Positions 48,967 through 59,411 are shown, counted from the stretch's first letter. The stretch: 64,000 bases of DNA from Gemmatimonadota bacterium (GCA_036679605.1 JAZDCZ010000407.1:1-64000); one strand, 5' to 3'. Numbers and translations are program-made. Notes: generated from the sequence alone by a model not told the origin.

Positions 48967-49052
48967 TCTTTGATTCCGTAGGCGAACCGCTGCTCGACTA
49001 TATATCTGTGTGAGGGGTAGCCTCCCTGAAAACGAAGCATAGGAGAACCGAA

Positions 49053-49448
49053 ATGTTCGATCGACCGACCGTGAAAAAGACTCGTGACAAGATTCAGGCC
49101 GTCTTGGACATCCTGTCCAAGGAACTGGGATGCCAAATCAAGGTCGGCCGCGCGTCCTTCGCCCGCGATGGCTCCAATTGCACCTTCAAGGTGGAGTGTG
49201 CCATCATGTCTGCCGACGGTACGGTGGAGACGAAGGAGGTGACGGCTTTTCGCAAGATGGCGTCGTTGTATGGCCTGTCGCCGAACGATCTCGGAAAGGT
49301 ATTCACCAACGCTGGCGAAAAGTTCACTATTAGCGGACTCAAACCGAAGGCAAATAAATATCCGATTCTGGCGACGCGGTCGGATGGCAAGGGCTTCAAG
49401 TTCCCTGTGGACATGGTGAAGTTGGCTCTCGCCGCAGCAGCGGCGTAA
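49053..49448 (+). CDS. Phage-type hypothetical protein
   Basis: AGGAG RBS; GL.P.DLGK.F...I.GLKP...KYPI. Confidence 0.7.
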   Translation: MFDRPTVKKTRDKIQAVLDILSKELGCQIKVGRASFARDGSNCTFKVECAIMSADGTVETKEVTAFRKMASLYGLSPNDLGKVFTNAGEKFTISGLKPKANKYPILATRSDGKGFKFPVDMVKLALAAAAA

Positions 49449-49745
49449 TGTCTGTTACAGGAGGCTGAAAATGGGAATCGGAGCAGTATTGTGCATTTGG
49501 GTGGCTTTCATCGTGGTTGTGTTGGCCATCGGCAGGGGGTTCGGCGACACCCTAAAACGGCAGCCCTTGGATCGCGTGGAGGAACGGAAAAATGGCTAGT
49601 GCGCCTTGGGCAAGATATTTGGATGATTTGGATGATTTTCCTGCGCGGGCTGGGTATAATAAGGTTGTGATGTGTGTGTCCGGCGCGAACCGGACGGGAT
49701 TCGGCGTCCGGGTGTACCGGGCAGCACTAAAAAGGAGGAAAAGGT

Positions 49746-49961
49746 ATGTTTAAGATGTTGAAGCGGAGCAAGGGTTTTGTGTTTGGTATTCTTACGACTG
49801 TGGCGGTCGTTTTCGCGGCCATCCATTTCGGGTTCGTTAAGGTTGATCTCACGGTCACCGAGAAGGGCCAGACAGCCATTGATCGAGGTTCGGCCTTGAT
49901 CGACACGGCGGTTGAGGGCACCACAGGTCTCTTCGGGGACGACAATAAAACCAACGACTAG
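49746..49961 (+). CDS. Small single-TM protein
   Basis: AAGGAGG RBS; hydrophobic helix; its own -10 (TATAAT 49655-49660) and terminator. Confidence 0.7.
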   Translation: MFKMLKRSKGFVFGILTTVAVVFAAIHFGFVKVDLTVTEKGQTAIDRGSALIDTAVEGTTGLFGDDNKTND

Positions 49962-49980
49962 ACCGCGAGCGGATTTGGAA

Positions 49981-50013
49981 AGGGCACCCTGGTTTCGGGG
50001 TGCCTTTTTTTTT
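49981..50013 (+). terminator. Intrinsic terminator
   Basis: GGCACCCTG-GTTT-CGGGGTGCC-T9. Confidence 0.85.
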
Positions 50014-50014
50014 G

Positions 50015-50089
50015 GGGAGTGTAGCTTAGTCTGGTTAAAGCAGTCGACTCATAATCGACCGATCGTGGGTTCGAATCCCACCGCTCCCA
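50015..50089 (+). tRNA. tRNA with CAT anticodon, probably Ile2 (lysidine type)
   Basis: Full cloverleaf; GTCGA-CTCATAA-TCGAC resembles bacterial Ile2 anticodon arms; no encoded CCA. Confidence 0.85.
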
Positions 50090-50138
50090 TAGAGCAATGT
50101 CCCACGCAACTCGCTGAATTGCCGACGAGGAACTCATC

Positions 50139-50591
50139 ATGAGCAGAAGCACACAATTCGTAGGGATGACCGCTGCGGGCGTGGCGTTCACGGAAACTTT
50201 GGAATTGACAGGCCGATATGTTGGGGCGCACGGAATCGCCTCTGAAGATATCGAACTCGGCTTGTGGTGCGACTCCGACGGCAACAAATACCGAGAGGTC
50301 TCACAAATCATTTCTTGGTCGTCTGGTCCGTGCATATTCACTTGTTTGGAGGTTCGATGGGCTAACGAAGAATCTCCAGCCACATCATCGGAGGATGCAC
50401 TAGAACAGGTCCGGGCGCGTCTGAGGGAGACTGCAAATGGAGATGGAGCCGATATTAATGCGACCACCGCCCTTGATATGCTTACCTTATTGGATGTTTG
50501 TCCGTATACATTACTTTTCGAGTGGACACTCGACCCTTCGCTCGAGGACGATACAGAGTGGGATTATGACCGTGGAGCGTACTGGGTTTGA
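50139..50591 (+). CDS. Hypothetical protein
   Basis: GAGG RBS. Confidence 0.6.
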   Translation: MSRSTQFVGMTAAGVAFTETLELTGRYVGAHGIASEDIELGLWCDSDGNKYREVSQIISWSSGPCIFTCLEVRWANEESPATSSEDALEQVRARLRETANGDGADINATTALDMLTLLDVCPYTLLFEWTLDPSLEDDTEWDYDRGAYWV

Positions 50592-50620
50592 TTTGCTGAC
50601 ATTCATCGCCTAATATAGGC

Positions 50621-51313
50621 ATGAATCGATTAATTGTAATGTTGTCATTGTGCCTCTCTGTACTTTTACATGGTTGTGGAACCGAAAGTCTCCGATCGTT
50701 TGCCTACCTCAGCAACACAGTGGTGTTGGATTGGACTGGTGGCGATAGCCCTCTTTGGGATGGCAGTCTACCCCCCATTGACCTCGCAGAATTCAAGTTA
50801 GATTGGCCCGATGAGAGGACACTGGCGGATGTAGAAGGTTTTAAGGAGATGGTACGTGCGGAGGTCGAGAATGTTCTGAATGGCTCTGGGTTGCATATGA
50901 CCATCGAGGGTGGCGAACAGCGACTCGGCATCACCGTGGTTCACTTCTCGCAGGTGACTGATCCCAAGAACCCAGCATCGCTGGGTCGGGGCCACTTTGA
51001 CATATGTAATGTCAGTGATCAGGACTACTCCATCATATATGCAGCAAAGTTTTTGGAAGGGCGGAGACTGGACGAGGCTGAGTGGGTGCGATTCTTCGCG
51101 AATGTAGCCGCGCACGAGATAGCCCACAACATCGGCTTCGACCATGTGGAACCCGGAGATGTGCCAGAGTCTGAGTTCACGGAGCTGATGCTCGTTGGGC
51201 AGACAACCTCGCAAAGGGTATCGGCGCAGAGAATAATCGTGGAACAGGACACATGCGCCCTGTTCGCCGCGAAGGCACAGTCGGATCGGCGTGGGCGATC
51301 GACACTTCCGTAG
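50621..51313 (+). CDS. Lipoprotein zinc metalloprotease
   Basis: Lipobox LHGC; HEIAHNIGFDH..ELM. Confidence 0.8.
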   Translation: MNRLIVMLSLCLSVLLHGCGTESLRSFAYLSNTVVLDWTGGDSPLWDGSLPPIDLAEFKLDWPDERTLADVEGFKEMVRAEVENVLNGSGLHMTIEGGEQRLGITVVHFSQVTDPKNPASLGRGHFDICNVSDQDYSIIYAAKFLEGRRLDEAEWVRFFANVAAHEIAHNIGFDHVEPGDVPESEFTELMLVGQTTSQRVSAQRIIVEQDTCALFAAKAQSDRRGRSTLP

Positions 51314-51324
51314 ATAGGGAACAC

Positions 51325-51819
51325 ATGAAGCGCAGGCACCCGAGGCAGATTGTATCTCACACCGAACTCCGTCCAGGCGACAAATACGCATGGATCCGAG
51401 TAGAACACAACTGTGCCGCGCAGAAGACGACAGTCCGTTGCGAAAAGACGACATTCGTGGCCGCCTTGGCTGATGGCAAACTCGCCTCTGCCGCGGCTGC
51501 CATCATTCGCCACCCAGCTATCGACGGGGAGATGAGACTCACCACACACTGCATATGGGACGAGGTTGTACTTTCGCTTTGGACTCCCGACGGCACTTAT
51601 GTTGACACTTTCTCCGATTTTTTCGGGGATAGTATGGCTCCTTGGATACACCAGTTCATCGTCCCGTTGGGGGACTGGGACGCCGATCCGCGCGTACATG
51701 TGATTGATTGGATCAATCCGGACGATGTTTGTGAGGCCGCATTCACATGGGCCGAAGAAGAGGCGGAATTAAGGCATCGGAGGGATGTCGCTATGCGCCG
51801 AGCGCTCGGTTTTGAATAG
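51325..51819 (+). CDS. Hypothetical protein
   Basis: ORF with a purine-rich RBS. Confidence 0.55.
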   Translation: MKRRHPRQIVSHTELRPGDKYAWIRVEHNCAAQKTTVRCEKTTFVAALADGKLASAAAAIIRHPAIDGEMRLTTHCIWDEVVLSLWTPDGTYVDTFSDFFGDSMAPWIHQFIVPLGDWDADPRVHVIDWINPDDVCEAAFTWAEEEAELRHRRDVAMRRALGFE

Positions 51820-52020
51820 TTCGCATGCTGTCCAGGGTGGAGGAAAAACGCCAGAGGCACAGTCGCGAGCGCCGCCGGACGCACGAAGCTGTCGGCTGCC
51901 CAATGAATTGAGTGATGGCTCCTGCCCGAAACATACTGGTACCTCGTGATCGAGAGGTCTCAAATAACCATTTAGCCGCTAACAATAATTGCTAACAAAA
52001 TGTTGGCTGGAGTCAATTAT

Positions 52021-52112
52021 TGGCACAGCCGGGAATCGAACCCGGTAGCAGAGTAATGTATCTCCACAAGCCGAGACCGCCAGAAGACAGAAGACGGGCT
52101 TTTTCCTGCACC
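52021..52112 (-). ncRNA. tRNA-like RNA lacking a canonical D arm
   Basis: Acceptor stem GGTGCAG/CTGTGCC-A; perfect T arm CCGGG-TTCGATT-CCCGG; TATAAT 5 nt upstream. Confidence 0.55.
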
Positions 52113-52802
52113 AGTTGATTATACATGAGGACACCCAGGCCAGCTCGCACCAGGCCATTTCGATTTTGAGAGCCTGACGCCACGCGGCTTTCTCCGAATG
52201 TTTCCAGTACCGCCGATTGGGCACCTACTCTGGATAGCAGGCTGAAAGGATTGTCTATCCCAGAGAGAAAGGGATAGAATATCGCGCCGAGTACTCGACT
52301 TCCCACCGCTCGAACGGCTGACGGCCCAGCAATATGCTGGGTGTTAGACACCTAAATATACAATCCAATTGGCGGTGGGTCAAGCCAATGTCCTGAATCA
52401 CACTTATCGGAGGTTGGCGAGAGCCGAACTGTCAAGGATTACTTGACTGTCGAACCGGCAACCAAGTCTAGTCCCAAACTCATGACTCGACTTCCGCGTG
52501 GATGTGCTTTCACTCAAGAACACTTATGGGACCGCATGCGTGGTGTTTTGATAGACCTGACAAGCTTATAGGTGGTTATCTAACTGTTGGATGGTCAGGT
52601 CAGTTATCTGCTGAAGAGGGACGCCCCCAGAGGGGGCGGCCAATGACGGTTCTCTCGTCAGGCGGCTGTTCGCCCACCTTTATGCGGACATAGGATGCGC
52701 CCGCCCGCCCAGTGAGTCCGAGATGGCCTTGTGAGTTTCAGCGTCCCATTTGGGCGTATCTCATGTTGTTTACAAGGAACCGTTAGCAGTAAGGAGGCCA
52801 TT

Positions 52803-53300
52803 ATGCCAAATGAGATAGAGGTATACGCAAGAAAACATCGGAGGCTACACCCGGAGTTAGTAAAGGCTCTGGCACCATTCTTCAAGGAATATAAATGGAA
52901 CCCGTCCAAGGCTAAGGTACGCATCGTGAGTCCTTATTGGGGTAAACTAAGCGGGCGAGGTCAGCCGACAGCCGTGTTTGTAGTGAAGGGAATCATCTTT
53001 GTAATGCGCGGGGCGATAAACGCCAAAGGTCGTGTGCGAGGCAACAATTGGAATCTGGCCTCTAAGGTGGGATTTGCCACCTTTGCGCATGAGGTATTCC
53101 ACACATATCAGAACGACAGGGATGGGTTTTCCAAGTTCCTGATCAGCCTGTTCTCTGGGATATGGAAGTCCATCACCCGTAGTAAGAAGACATATGACCA
53201 CAAATTTTTCGACTTTGAGCAGGAGGCAATCGCATTCCAGAAGAAGGTCATGTCCACAGTAAAATTGAAGGACATAAGCATGTTCAGCAACATGCGTTAG
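52803..53300 (+). CDS. Basic protein with HExxH (DUF4157/zincin-like)
   Basis: AAGGAGG RBS; FAHEVFHTYQ...FEQEA. Confidence 0.7.
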   Translation: MPNEIEVYARKHRRLHPELVKALAPFFKEYKWNPSKAKVRIVSPYWGKLSGRGQPTAVFVVKGIIFVMRGAINAKGRVRGNNWNLASKVGFATFAHEVFHTYQNDRDGFSKFLISLFSGIWKSITRSKKTYDHKFFDFEQEAIAFQKKVMSTVKLKDISMFSNMR

Positions 53301-53335
53301 TAGAGACTTGTAGAGACCTCTTATATGGAGATATA

Positions 53336-53665
53336 ATGAAAAGCGCAAAGAGCATCGCCATAATTTTGTCCATTTTACTCCCTCTCTCACCGTCGCTAGT
53401 TTGGGCACAGCATGTATCGGACTCGCCTGTCAACTTGTCTGATTCCCAGTCCTTCGATATGCCGTTGACATCGATGCTGTCACATGCAGAAATCACCAGT
53501 GCGCGGCGGAGGGTGGCGAACGCAGTCTCTGTCGAGAAGTTCATCGACGGAGTCAAGACTGCATTTTTTATAGCGCTTGCCGCATATAGTGCATCCGCGT
53601 CGCGAGCGGGTTCGACGACGAACACACGGTTTATTTTTGCTCCATCAGCACCTGCTACACCCTAG
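53336..53665 (+). CDS. Hypothetical exported protein
   Basis: GGAG RBS; signal peptide-like N-terminus. Confidence 0.5.
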   Translation: MKSAKSIAIILSILLPLSPSLVWAQHVSDSPVNLSDSQSFDMPLTSMLSHAEITSARRRVANAVSVEKFIDGVKTAFFIALAAYSASASRAGSTTNTRFIFAPSAPATP

Positions 53666-53785
53666 CGACCGCTTTGGTGTTCCGCGTAGAATTGGTTTCA
53701 GTCAAGAAAAACAGTATATCCTACACGGAGACGGCCTAACCTTGCAGCAGCCTAGCCAAATAAATGGCTCAGATGTTCTAACTGG

Positions 53786-53865
53786 CCTACTTTAGTGCGC
53801 TTGGTTATAGGACGCACTAAGCGGGCTTCCTGCTTCAGCGAGGCGCCGTAGATGGGTTTCCCCTG
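53786..53865 (-). ncRNA. Putative omegaRNA scaffold/right end of the IS607-type element
   Basis: TGAAGCAGGAAG...TAGTGCG/CGCACTA hairpin...AAGTAGG; conserved in three other remnants. Confidence 0.6.
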
Positions 53866-55029
53866 TCACGGACGGGCCAGAGCCTTCCTCTTCACAGGCG
53901 TTTTGAGCCGGGTTGTACCCGACTTTGGTCCCCCGTCGTTCACGGGTACCAGATTCAACAGATTCATCGCCGCGTTCAAGTCCCGATCCATCTCAAGTCT
54001 GCAGGCATGACAATGGAACACGCGCTCACTGAGCTTCAGCTCGGCGCGCACTGCTCCACAGTCGCTGCATGTCTTGCTGGACGGGAAGAACCTGTCCACG
54101 ATCACGAGTTTGGTTCCGTAGATCAGGCACTTGTACTCCATCTGTCTCCTGAACTCGTACCAGCCCATGTCGGCGATGCTTCTGGCCATCCTGTGATTGC
54201 GCATCATTCCGCTGACGGACAGGTCTTCGATCACCACCGCTTGGTTCTCGCGGCATAATTTGGTGGTCAGCCTGTGTAATGTGTCCTTACGGATGTTCCT
54301 GATGTGCTTGTGCAGCTTGGCCAGTCGTCTCCTAGACTTCTCCCTGTTCTTCGATCCTTTCTTCTTCCTCGAATGTTGCCTGGAACAGCGTTGCAGCTTC
54401 TTCAACGACTTCTTCAGTGGCTTCGGCCCCTCAATCTTCTCTCCAGTCGAAAGCGTCGCCAGCGTCGTGATGCCGAGATCCACTCCGACTTCGCCGTCGG
54501 CTGTCCTCTCCTTCCTGTAGTTATCACCGACATCCACCTGCACGGAGAGCATCCACCTGTCGCCGTCTCTGCGGATTGTCGCACCCATAACCTTGCCAAC
54601 GTATCTCAGCTCCTCGTGCATCCTGATTGGTCCCAGCTTGAACTTGTCAGGCCCGAGGTGTAGGGTCTTGCCATTGAACTCCATCTCCCTGTGGCAGACA
54701 TAGAAGCTCTCCGGGCTGCGGTGCTTTGCACGGAATTTCGGGTGCCTCGCCTTCTTGCGGAAGAACGCGGAGTAGGACTTCTGGAGCTGAATCCACGGAT
54801 ATGCGTAGACATAGTTCGACACTTCACCCATCCACGGGAACATCTCCTTCCGGGTCGCGTTGAACTCCTGCCTGAGCTTCCCGGGGTTCGCCTTGCCATC
54901 CTTCTTGTATGCCGCTTTCCACATCGCCAGGGCGTTGTTGTACGCGAACCGTGCCGTTCCGGCGGCGCGTGCGAAGTACTCGTACTGCCGTTTGTTCGGG
55001 TTCAAGGCTATGGAATGGGCCAGAATCAC
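53866..55029 (-). CDS. tnpB: Intact TnpB RNA-guided nuclease (IS607-type N-terminus); no adjacent tnpA
   Basis: GTARFAYN, GVDLG, VIEDL, FPSSKTCSDCG, DRDLNAAMN. Confidence 0.95.
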   Translation of the reverse strand: MILAHSIALNPNKRQYEYFARAAGTARFAYNNALAMWKAAYKKDGKANPGKLRQEFNATRKEMFPWMGEVSNYVYAYPWIQLQKSYSAFFRKKARHPKFRAKHRSPESFYVCHREMEFNGKTLHLGPDKFKLGPIRMHEELRYVGKVMGATIRRDGDRWMLSVQVDVGDNYRKERTADGEVGVDLGITTLATLSTGEKIEGPKPLKKSLKKLQRCSRQHSRKKKGSKNREKSRRRLAKLHKHIRNIRKDTLHRLTTKLCRENQAVVIEDLSVSGMMRNHRMARSIADMGWYEFRRQMEYKCLIYGTKLVIVDRFFPSSKTCSDCGAVRAELKLSERVFHCHACRLEMDRDLNAAMNLLNLVPVNDGGPKSGTTRLKTPVKRKALARP

Positions 55030-55152
55030 TCTTTATTCTAGCCGATGCGCCCGATAACAGCCTGAAATTTGCCTTTTGGCCGAATGAATGCTATGCTTTC
55101 CATAGCGGATTTGATGATATTCGCTATTTGTGATTTGGGTCAGGAGACAGCC

Positions 55153-56355
55153 ATGAAGATAATGCTTATGTTGATGATGTTGATGATGTCGTGTACGGTT
55201 TTTGCAGAGCCGCCATCGGAGGTGCAGAGGGATACCAAGTCTGTTCTGACTGCTTATAGCCGCATGTTTGGGCAGTCCTCAGTGCCGCTCGATCCTAAGC
55301 TGATTCGGGTCTACGCCGGAGGAACTGCCGATTGGAAGACCGAAAATGATGTGACCATATTCATTGTTGGGAAAACCGTGTTCGTCGTTGCTGCGAGATG
55401 GGTTAAAGGCAAGGGGATCACGGTGGCTCCTGTCTGCGGTAGAGAGAATATCATCAAGTTGGCTGACAGCCTTGCCAAGCCTCCTATCATGCCCGATATT
55501 GAGTGGATCAATAAGCACGCCGACGGTAGGTTGGATCTGCTCATACGGATGACATCCGTATCATCTTTGGATTCACAACTGAGAATCTTTCGGAACTTGA
55601 ATGCCACCGACTTGAATGCCACCGACGACCATGATGTTCATATTGAGATAGCCAGCAAAATCGGGAACATAGGAAAAATCAGCATGGCCATCTCACTTGG
55701 AACAGCCAAGGCGATGTCAAATGCGATCCGGCACTACATTCCATTGTCAGGCGGTGTTCTGGAGGTCAACAGCGAGCTGCTGACATCCGCACGCACCAAA
55801 GTTGCAGGACTTCTTGACGATGCGAAAAAGCTACGGGAGCAAGGGGAACGCAACGACGCTTTGAAGGTGCTGATTACCGCCACCGCAATAATAGATGAAG
55901 CTCAACAATCAGTTCCCAAGGGGGTTTCGCTCAGTTTGTCGAATCAGAAAAAACTCCTTGGACTAGAATTCGCGGCCTGCGTGCTTCACATCGGGCTAGG
56001 GCTTACGGAGGCCGACAAGGCGACAGACGAGGTCGCGGGGATCAACGCTGTCAGACAAATTGTAAACGAATGGGGCAGAGAAAAATGGTTGACCAGTCCA
56101 ACTGGTGGCCTCAGCACTTTCCTCAAGACCCTTCGTGAGCAGTATGTTCTGAAAGACGGCGATCCAGGTGCCGCTAATGCACAGATACAGAGACGGTTTT
56201 TCTTCGCCAGTAAAGAAGTAAAGCGGTTGAAGAAACTGGAGAAGAACCGAAAGAAGGCATATAAAGGGCGCAATGTCCACGGCAAGTTTATACCTCTGCG
56301 CGATCCTTGGGTTGATATTCCACTGGCTACCTTGGAGTCCCGCAATGGCGGATAA
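55153..56355 (+). CDS. Hypothetical secreted protein
   Basis: AGGAG RBS; signal peptide. Confidence 0.65.
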   Translation: MKIMLMLMMLMMSCTVFAEPPSEVQRDTKSVLTAYSRMFGQSSVPLDPKLIRVYAGGTADWKTENDVTIFIVGKTVFVVAARWVKGKGITVAPVCGRENIIKLADSLAKPPIMPDIEWINKHADGRLDLLIRMTSVSSLDSQLRIFRNLNATDLNATDDHDVHIEIASKIGNIGKISMAISLGTAKAMSNAIRHYIPLSGGVLEVNSELLTSARTKVAGLLDDAKKLREQGERNDALKVLITATAIIDEAQQSVPKGVSLSLSNQKKLLGLEFAACVLHIGLGLTEADKATDEVAGINAVRQIVNEWGREKWLTSPTGGLSTFLKTLREQYVLKDGDPGAANAQIQRRFFFASKEVKRLKKLEKNRKKAYKGRNVHGKFIPLRDPWVDIPLATLESRNGG

Positions 56356-56887
56356 CGCGCATCCTAGGGAGATTACCGTGATTGGATTGTGGAAATCATA
56401 CGCGGCGCACAGGAAGGTTTTTGCCCTGCGAAGGCGAGACCTTGATTTTTTCACAATGCGCGCCCACGGAATCTTCGGGGTTTTCGGATACATCGCGACG
56501 GCGCTGGCGGCAACGTTCTGCCTGATTCTCGGCGGACAGTGGTTCTGGTCCATGCCGTGGTCGCTCATCGCCGTGGAGTTCGTCATGATCTCGGTCGCAA
56601 TCCTAGGCTTCGGCGTGGCTGGCTTGGACACTTGGGGTCGGCTGGATGATATGTGGCGAATGAAGCACGATCCTGTTTTTCGCCGAAAGCAGGAGGAATG
56701 GCATCGGGAACTCGCCAAATGGCTGGGTGAGACCGAGTGGATGGTTGACGCGACCCACGAGATCAACGAACTGGCGGCATCATGCCGCGAGGGCGCGGAT
56801 GGCGTCAAGCGCGGGCGGGAGCGTAGCCCCGACGGAGGCGAGTCCGGCCCGAAGCTGCGGGTCGTGGGCATATCCGATGTCACGTAG
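56345..56887 (+). CDS. Hypothetical membrane protein
   Basis: Two hydrophobic helices; GGAG RBS. Confidence 0.6.
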   Translation: MADNAHPREITVIGLWKSYAAHRKVFALRRRDLDFFTMRAHGIFGVFGYIATALAATFCLILGGQWFWSMPWSLIAVEFVMISVAILGFGVAGLDTWGRLDDMWRMKHDPVFRRKQEEWHRELAKWLGETEWMVDATHEINELAASCREGADGVKRGRERSPDGGESGPKLRVVGISDVT

Positions 56888-57217
56888 CGGCGACAGGAAA
56901 TCCTTGAAATACTCGATCACATTGCCCGTCCCGACCTCCACAGGCCGTACCTTGGGTATGCGGCCTGCGGAAATTGCTCGACCAGCGTGCTTGATGGCGG
57001 CCAGCGCGATTTTCTTGAGGTGATCTGCGGTCAGCATGTCCTTCTGAACGGCGGGCAACGCCTTCACTGCCTTTTCAAGATCGTTCAGCCTGTCCCACGC
57101 GGCTTTTTCATCGGGTTTCAGTTTTAGACCCCGCCCGCGCATCCAGTCCTTTACGCCTGCCTCCACGACATCTCTGACGATTGTCTCCATGTCCAGCGAT
57201 GCCATTGTTTCCCTCAT
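56780..57217 (-). CDS. Hypothetical protein (3' end overlaps the convergent gene; may be truncated)
   Basis: Plausible coding composition over the first ~110 aa. Confidence 0.45.
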   Translation of the reverse strand: MRETMASLDMETIVRDVVEAGVKDWMRGRGLKLKPDEKAAWDRLNDLEKAVKALPAVQKDMLTADHLKKIALAAIKHAGRAISAGRIPKVRPVEVGTGNVIEYFKDFLSPLRDIGYAHDPQLRAGLASVGATLPPALDAIRALAA

Positions 57218-57251
57218 AATACGTCAGGATTAGGAAAAACAAGATAAGCTG

Positions 57252-58151
57252 TTAGCTACAGATGTGGTACTTGTTCTGCCACGCGATGTACAGGTTCAGG
57301 TGATCCTGCAACCGCGTCGCCAGCTTCGAGATGCACCATGTTTTGCGTCGCAACCGCGCGATGTCCGCACGCATCTTGGCGCAGGTGTGGTTGATGCGGA
57401 ACAGCGGGTCGAAGCCACCGTCGCAGCCGTCCCGACGACCGCTGGACACATATGTCCTGTGCTTCGCACTTGGCACAATTGTAGCAATAAGCCTGCGGTA
57501 GTGGTTCAGCTCGTCCGTGGCGATGGTCGCGCCAGGCTTCGCGCACACGGCCACAGATTCCAACACTTCCCGACGGATTCTCGTGCGCTCGTCGGCACGC
57601 TTCCCGTAGCGGCGCTCGCTGTCGGCCTTCCTGTGCTTGCAGGTGATCGTCCCGACGCGGGCGTCGATGATCTGCCCAGTGCTGGCACGGACAGCCAAGG
57701 CGATCATCAGCGGCTTCAATTTCGTGTGTTCCACGGATTCCATGTCGTCGAACTGGACGAACGAGGTCTCCATGTCGCCGCCTCGCAGCGCCTCCGCATG
57801 CGCATCCGCCGCACGGGATGCCAGCCAACGGAACTTGCGTTCGACGGTTCTCCTTGCGATTCCAGCGACATCTGCGGTTCGGCGCTGTGTCATGCTGTTC
57901 GGCATGCTGTGTTCCACCTGCCTGTTCACATGCGGCTTGTGCTGTCCGGCGGTTGGGGTTCCTGTGCGGCTGTTGAAGCACTTGCCGCAGGCGCGGCAGG
58001 AGTATCGCGGCACGGCGCGGTGGTCGTGCTTCGTCCTGTAGTACCCGCGCTTGATCCAGAAGCGGTTTGAGCCGTAAAGCCGTTCGGAACCGTTCGATCC
58101 GTCGCGGAAGCGGCACTTCTGGTTCGGGCATTTGGTGGGCTTGGTGAACAT
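57252..58151 (-). mobile_element. IS1-like DDE transposase (Zn ribbon + HTH + RNase H fold); ends not identified
   Basis: CPN..C, RYSCRACGKCF, VQFDDME, IATDE, LRRKTWCISK. Confidence 0.75.
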
Positions 58152-58451
58152 CAATTCAAGTATACGATATCCTGTCGCAAGATGGATGACCTTCGGGCGA
58201 CGGAAGGCAGCGATGTCTGGGTGCGGTAATAACCGTGAACCCGCCCACCACGGCTGCAAATAGCGGTTTACAGCCCCATAACCAAGCGCACTAAAATATG
58301 GCACTTACATCAGATGTTTTGTAGCCGCTGCTCTTTGTTGTGGGTCTGCAAGGCGTCACCGGCACGAATGTCGTGTGAAAATGGTTCGTACAGTGCCGCA
58401 ATCCTTCTTTCGATAGATGTCGCTACGCGAGCGCTCGGCTTTGAATAGTCC

Positions 58452-59290
58452 TTATTTCCACATCCCTTTCATGTCGTACCACTCGATTCGCAAATTATTG
58501 GCATACGGCCCAGAGGTTGGAGACCACCCATTCAGCGGCGTCCTCAAAGTCTTTCGCGGGGGCATCCTCATGGTACAAGTCCGGATCGGCACCGAACACC
58601 ACCCTGCCAGAGGCGTCCTGCACATGCCAACCATCATCACTGCCGTTCCACAGGATGAATATCCTGTCCGGCGGAATCTCGGGGCTGGCCGCACAACCGG
58701 ACGGTGCGTGAGAGTATTCTCCGACCCCAGAATATGACTTGGCTCTCCTCGTCCCCGTAGTGGTACGCCTCGACGCCGCCGACCCAGAAGACCACGGCGT
58801 GCTTCCCGTACTTCGGATCGGCGTCGAAGTATCCGGATGCGGCGTTCCTCGCGTCCCTGGAACCGACGACGAACGCGAAGTTGTAGCCAGGGCCGCGTTT
58901 CCTAACATTGTCAGTGAAATGCGTCGTCAGTCCGAGTCCCTCGGTGCCGTCCCATCCGTACTTGAACCCGTTCTCCGCGATGTCATCCGGATCGTCCGTG
59001 AAATGCACGAGCCATGTCGGCCTGACAAGGCGGCTGTATTCCATGTGCTCGTAGACTGGCCGATCCAAGCTACTGGGGAGCCGCGACTCCTCGATGTGTC
59101 TCCTGAATTCCTCAATCCTGCCCGCCGTCGCGGAATCCACCCACTCGTACAGTTTGTCGTAGTCCGGCAGTCCGTCCTCGTCGCGCCAGTCGCCGGATTC
59201 CTCGCTCTCCAGCCAATCCGCGAGTTCCTCGGCGTAGTCATTCGGGTCGAAGCCGGACTCGAGGTACCGCTTCAGGTAACCCTGCTCCAC
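58452..59290 (-). pseudogene. Stand-alone ART-like module, frameshifted by an ~40-nt insertion
   Basis: WLVHFTD..IAENGF...YNFAF...DEESQVIFWG; the reading continues in another frame as PEIPPDRIF... Confidence 0.55.
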
Positions 59291-59411
59291 ATGCTATCTA
59301 AGGTGGAGGAGAAGCGCAAGAGGCTCCGACGCGATCGAGCTAAAGCCGCCGGACGCACGAAACTGTCGGCTCCCCAGTGAATTATGGTTGAGTTGATGCC
59401 CACGCCCGAAT

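Noticed and set aside
52021..52360. tmRNA
   Set aside because: The acceptor stem closes after 92 nt, with no G3-U70 pair and no tag reading frame.
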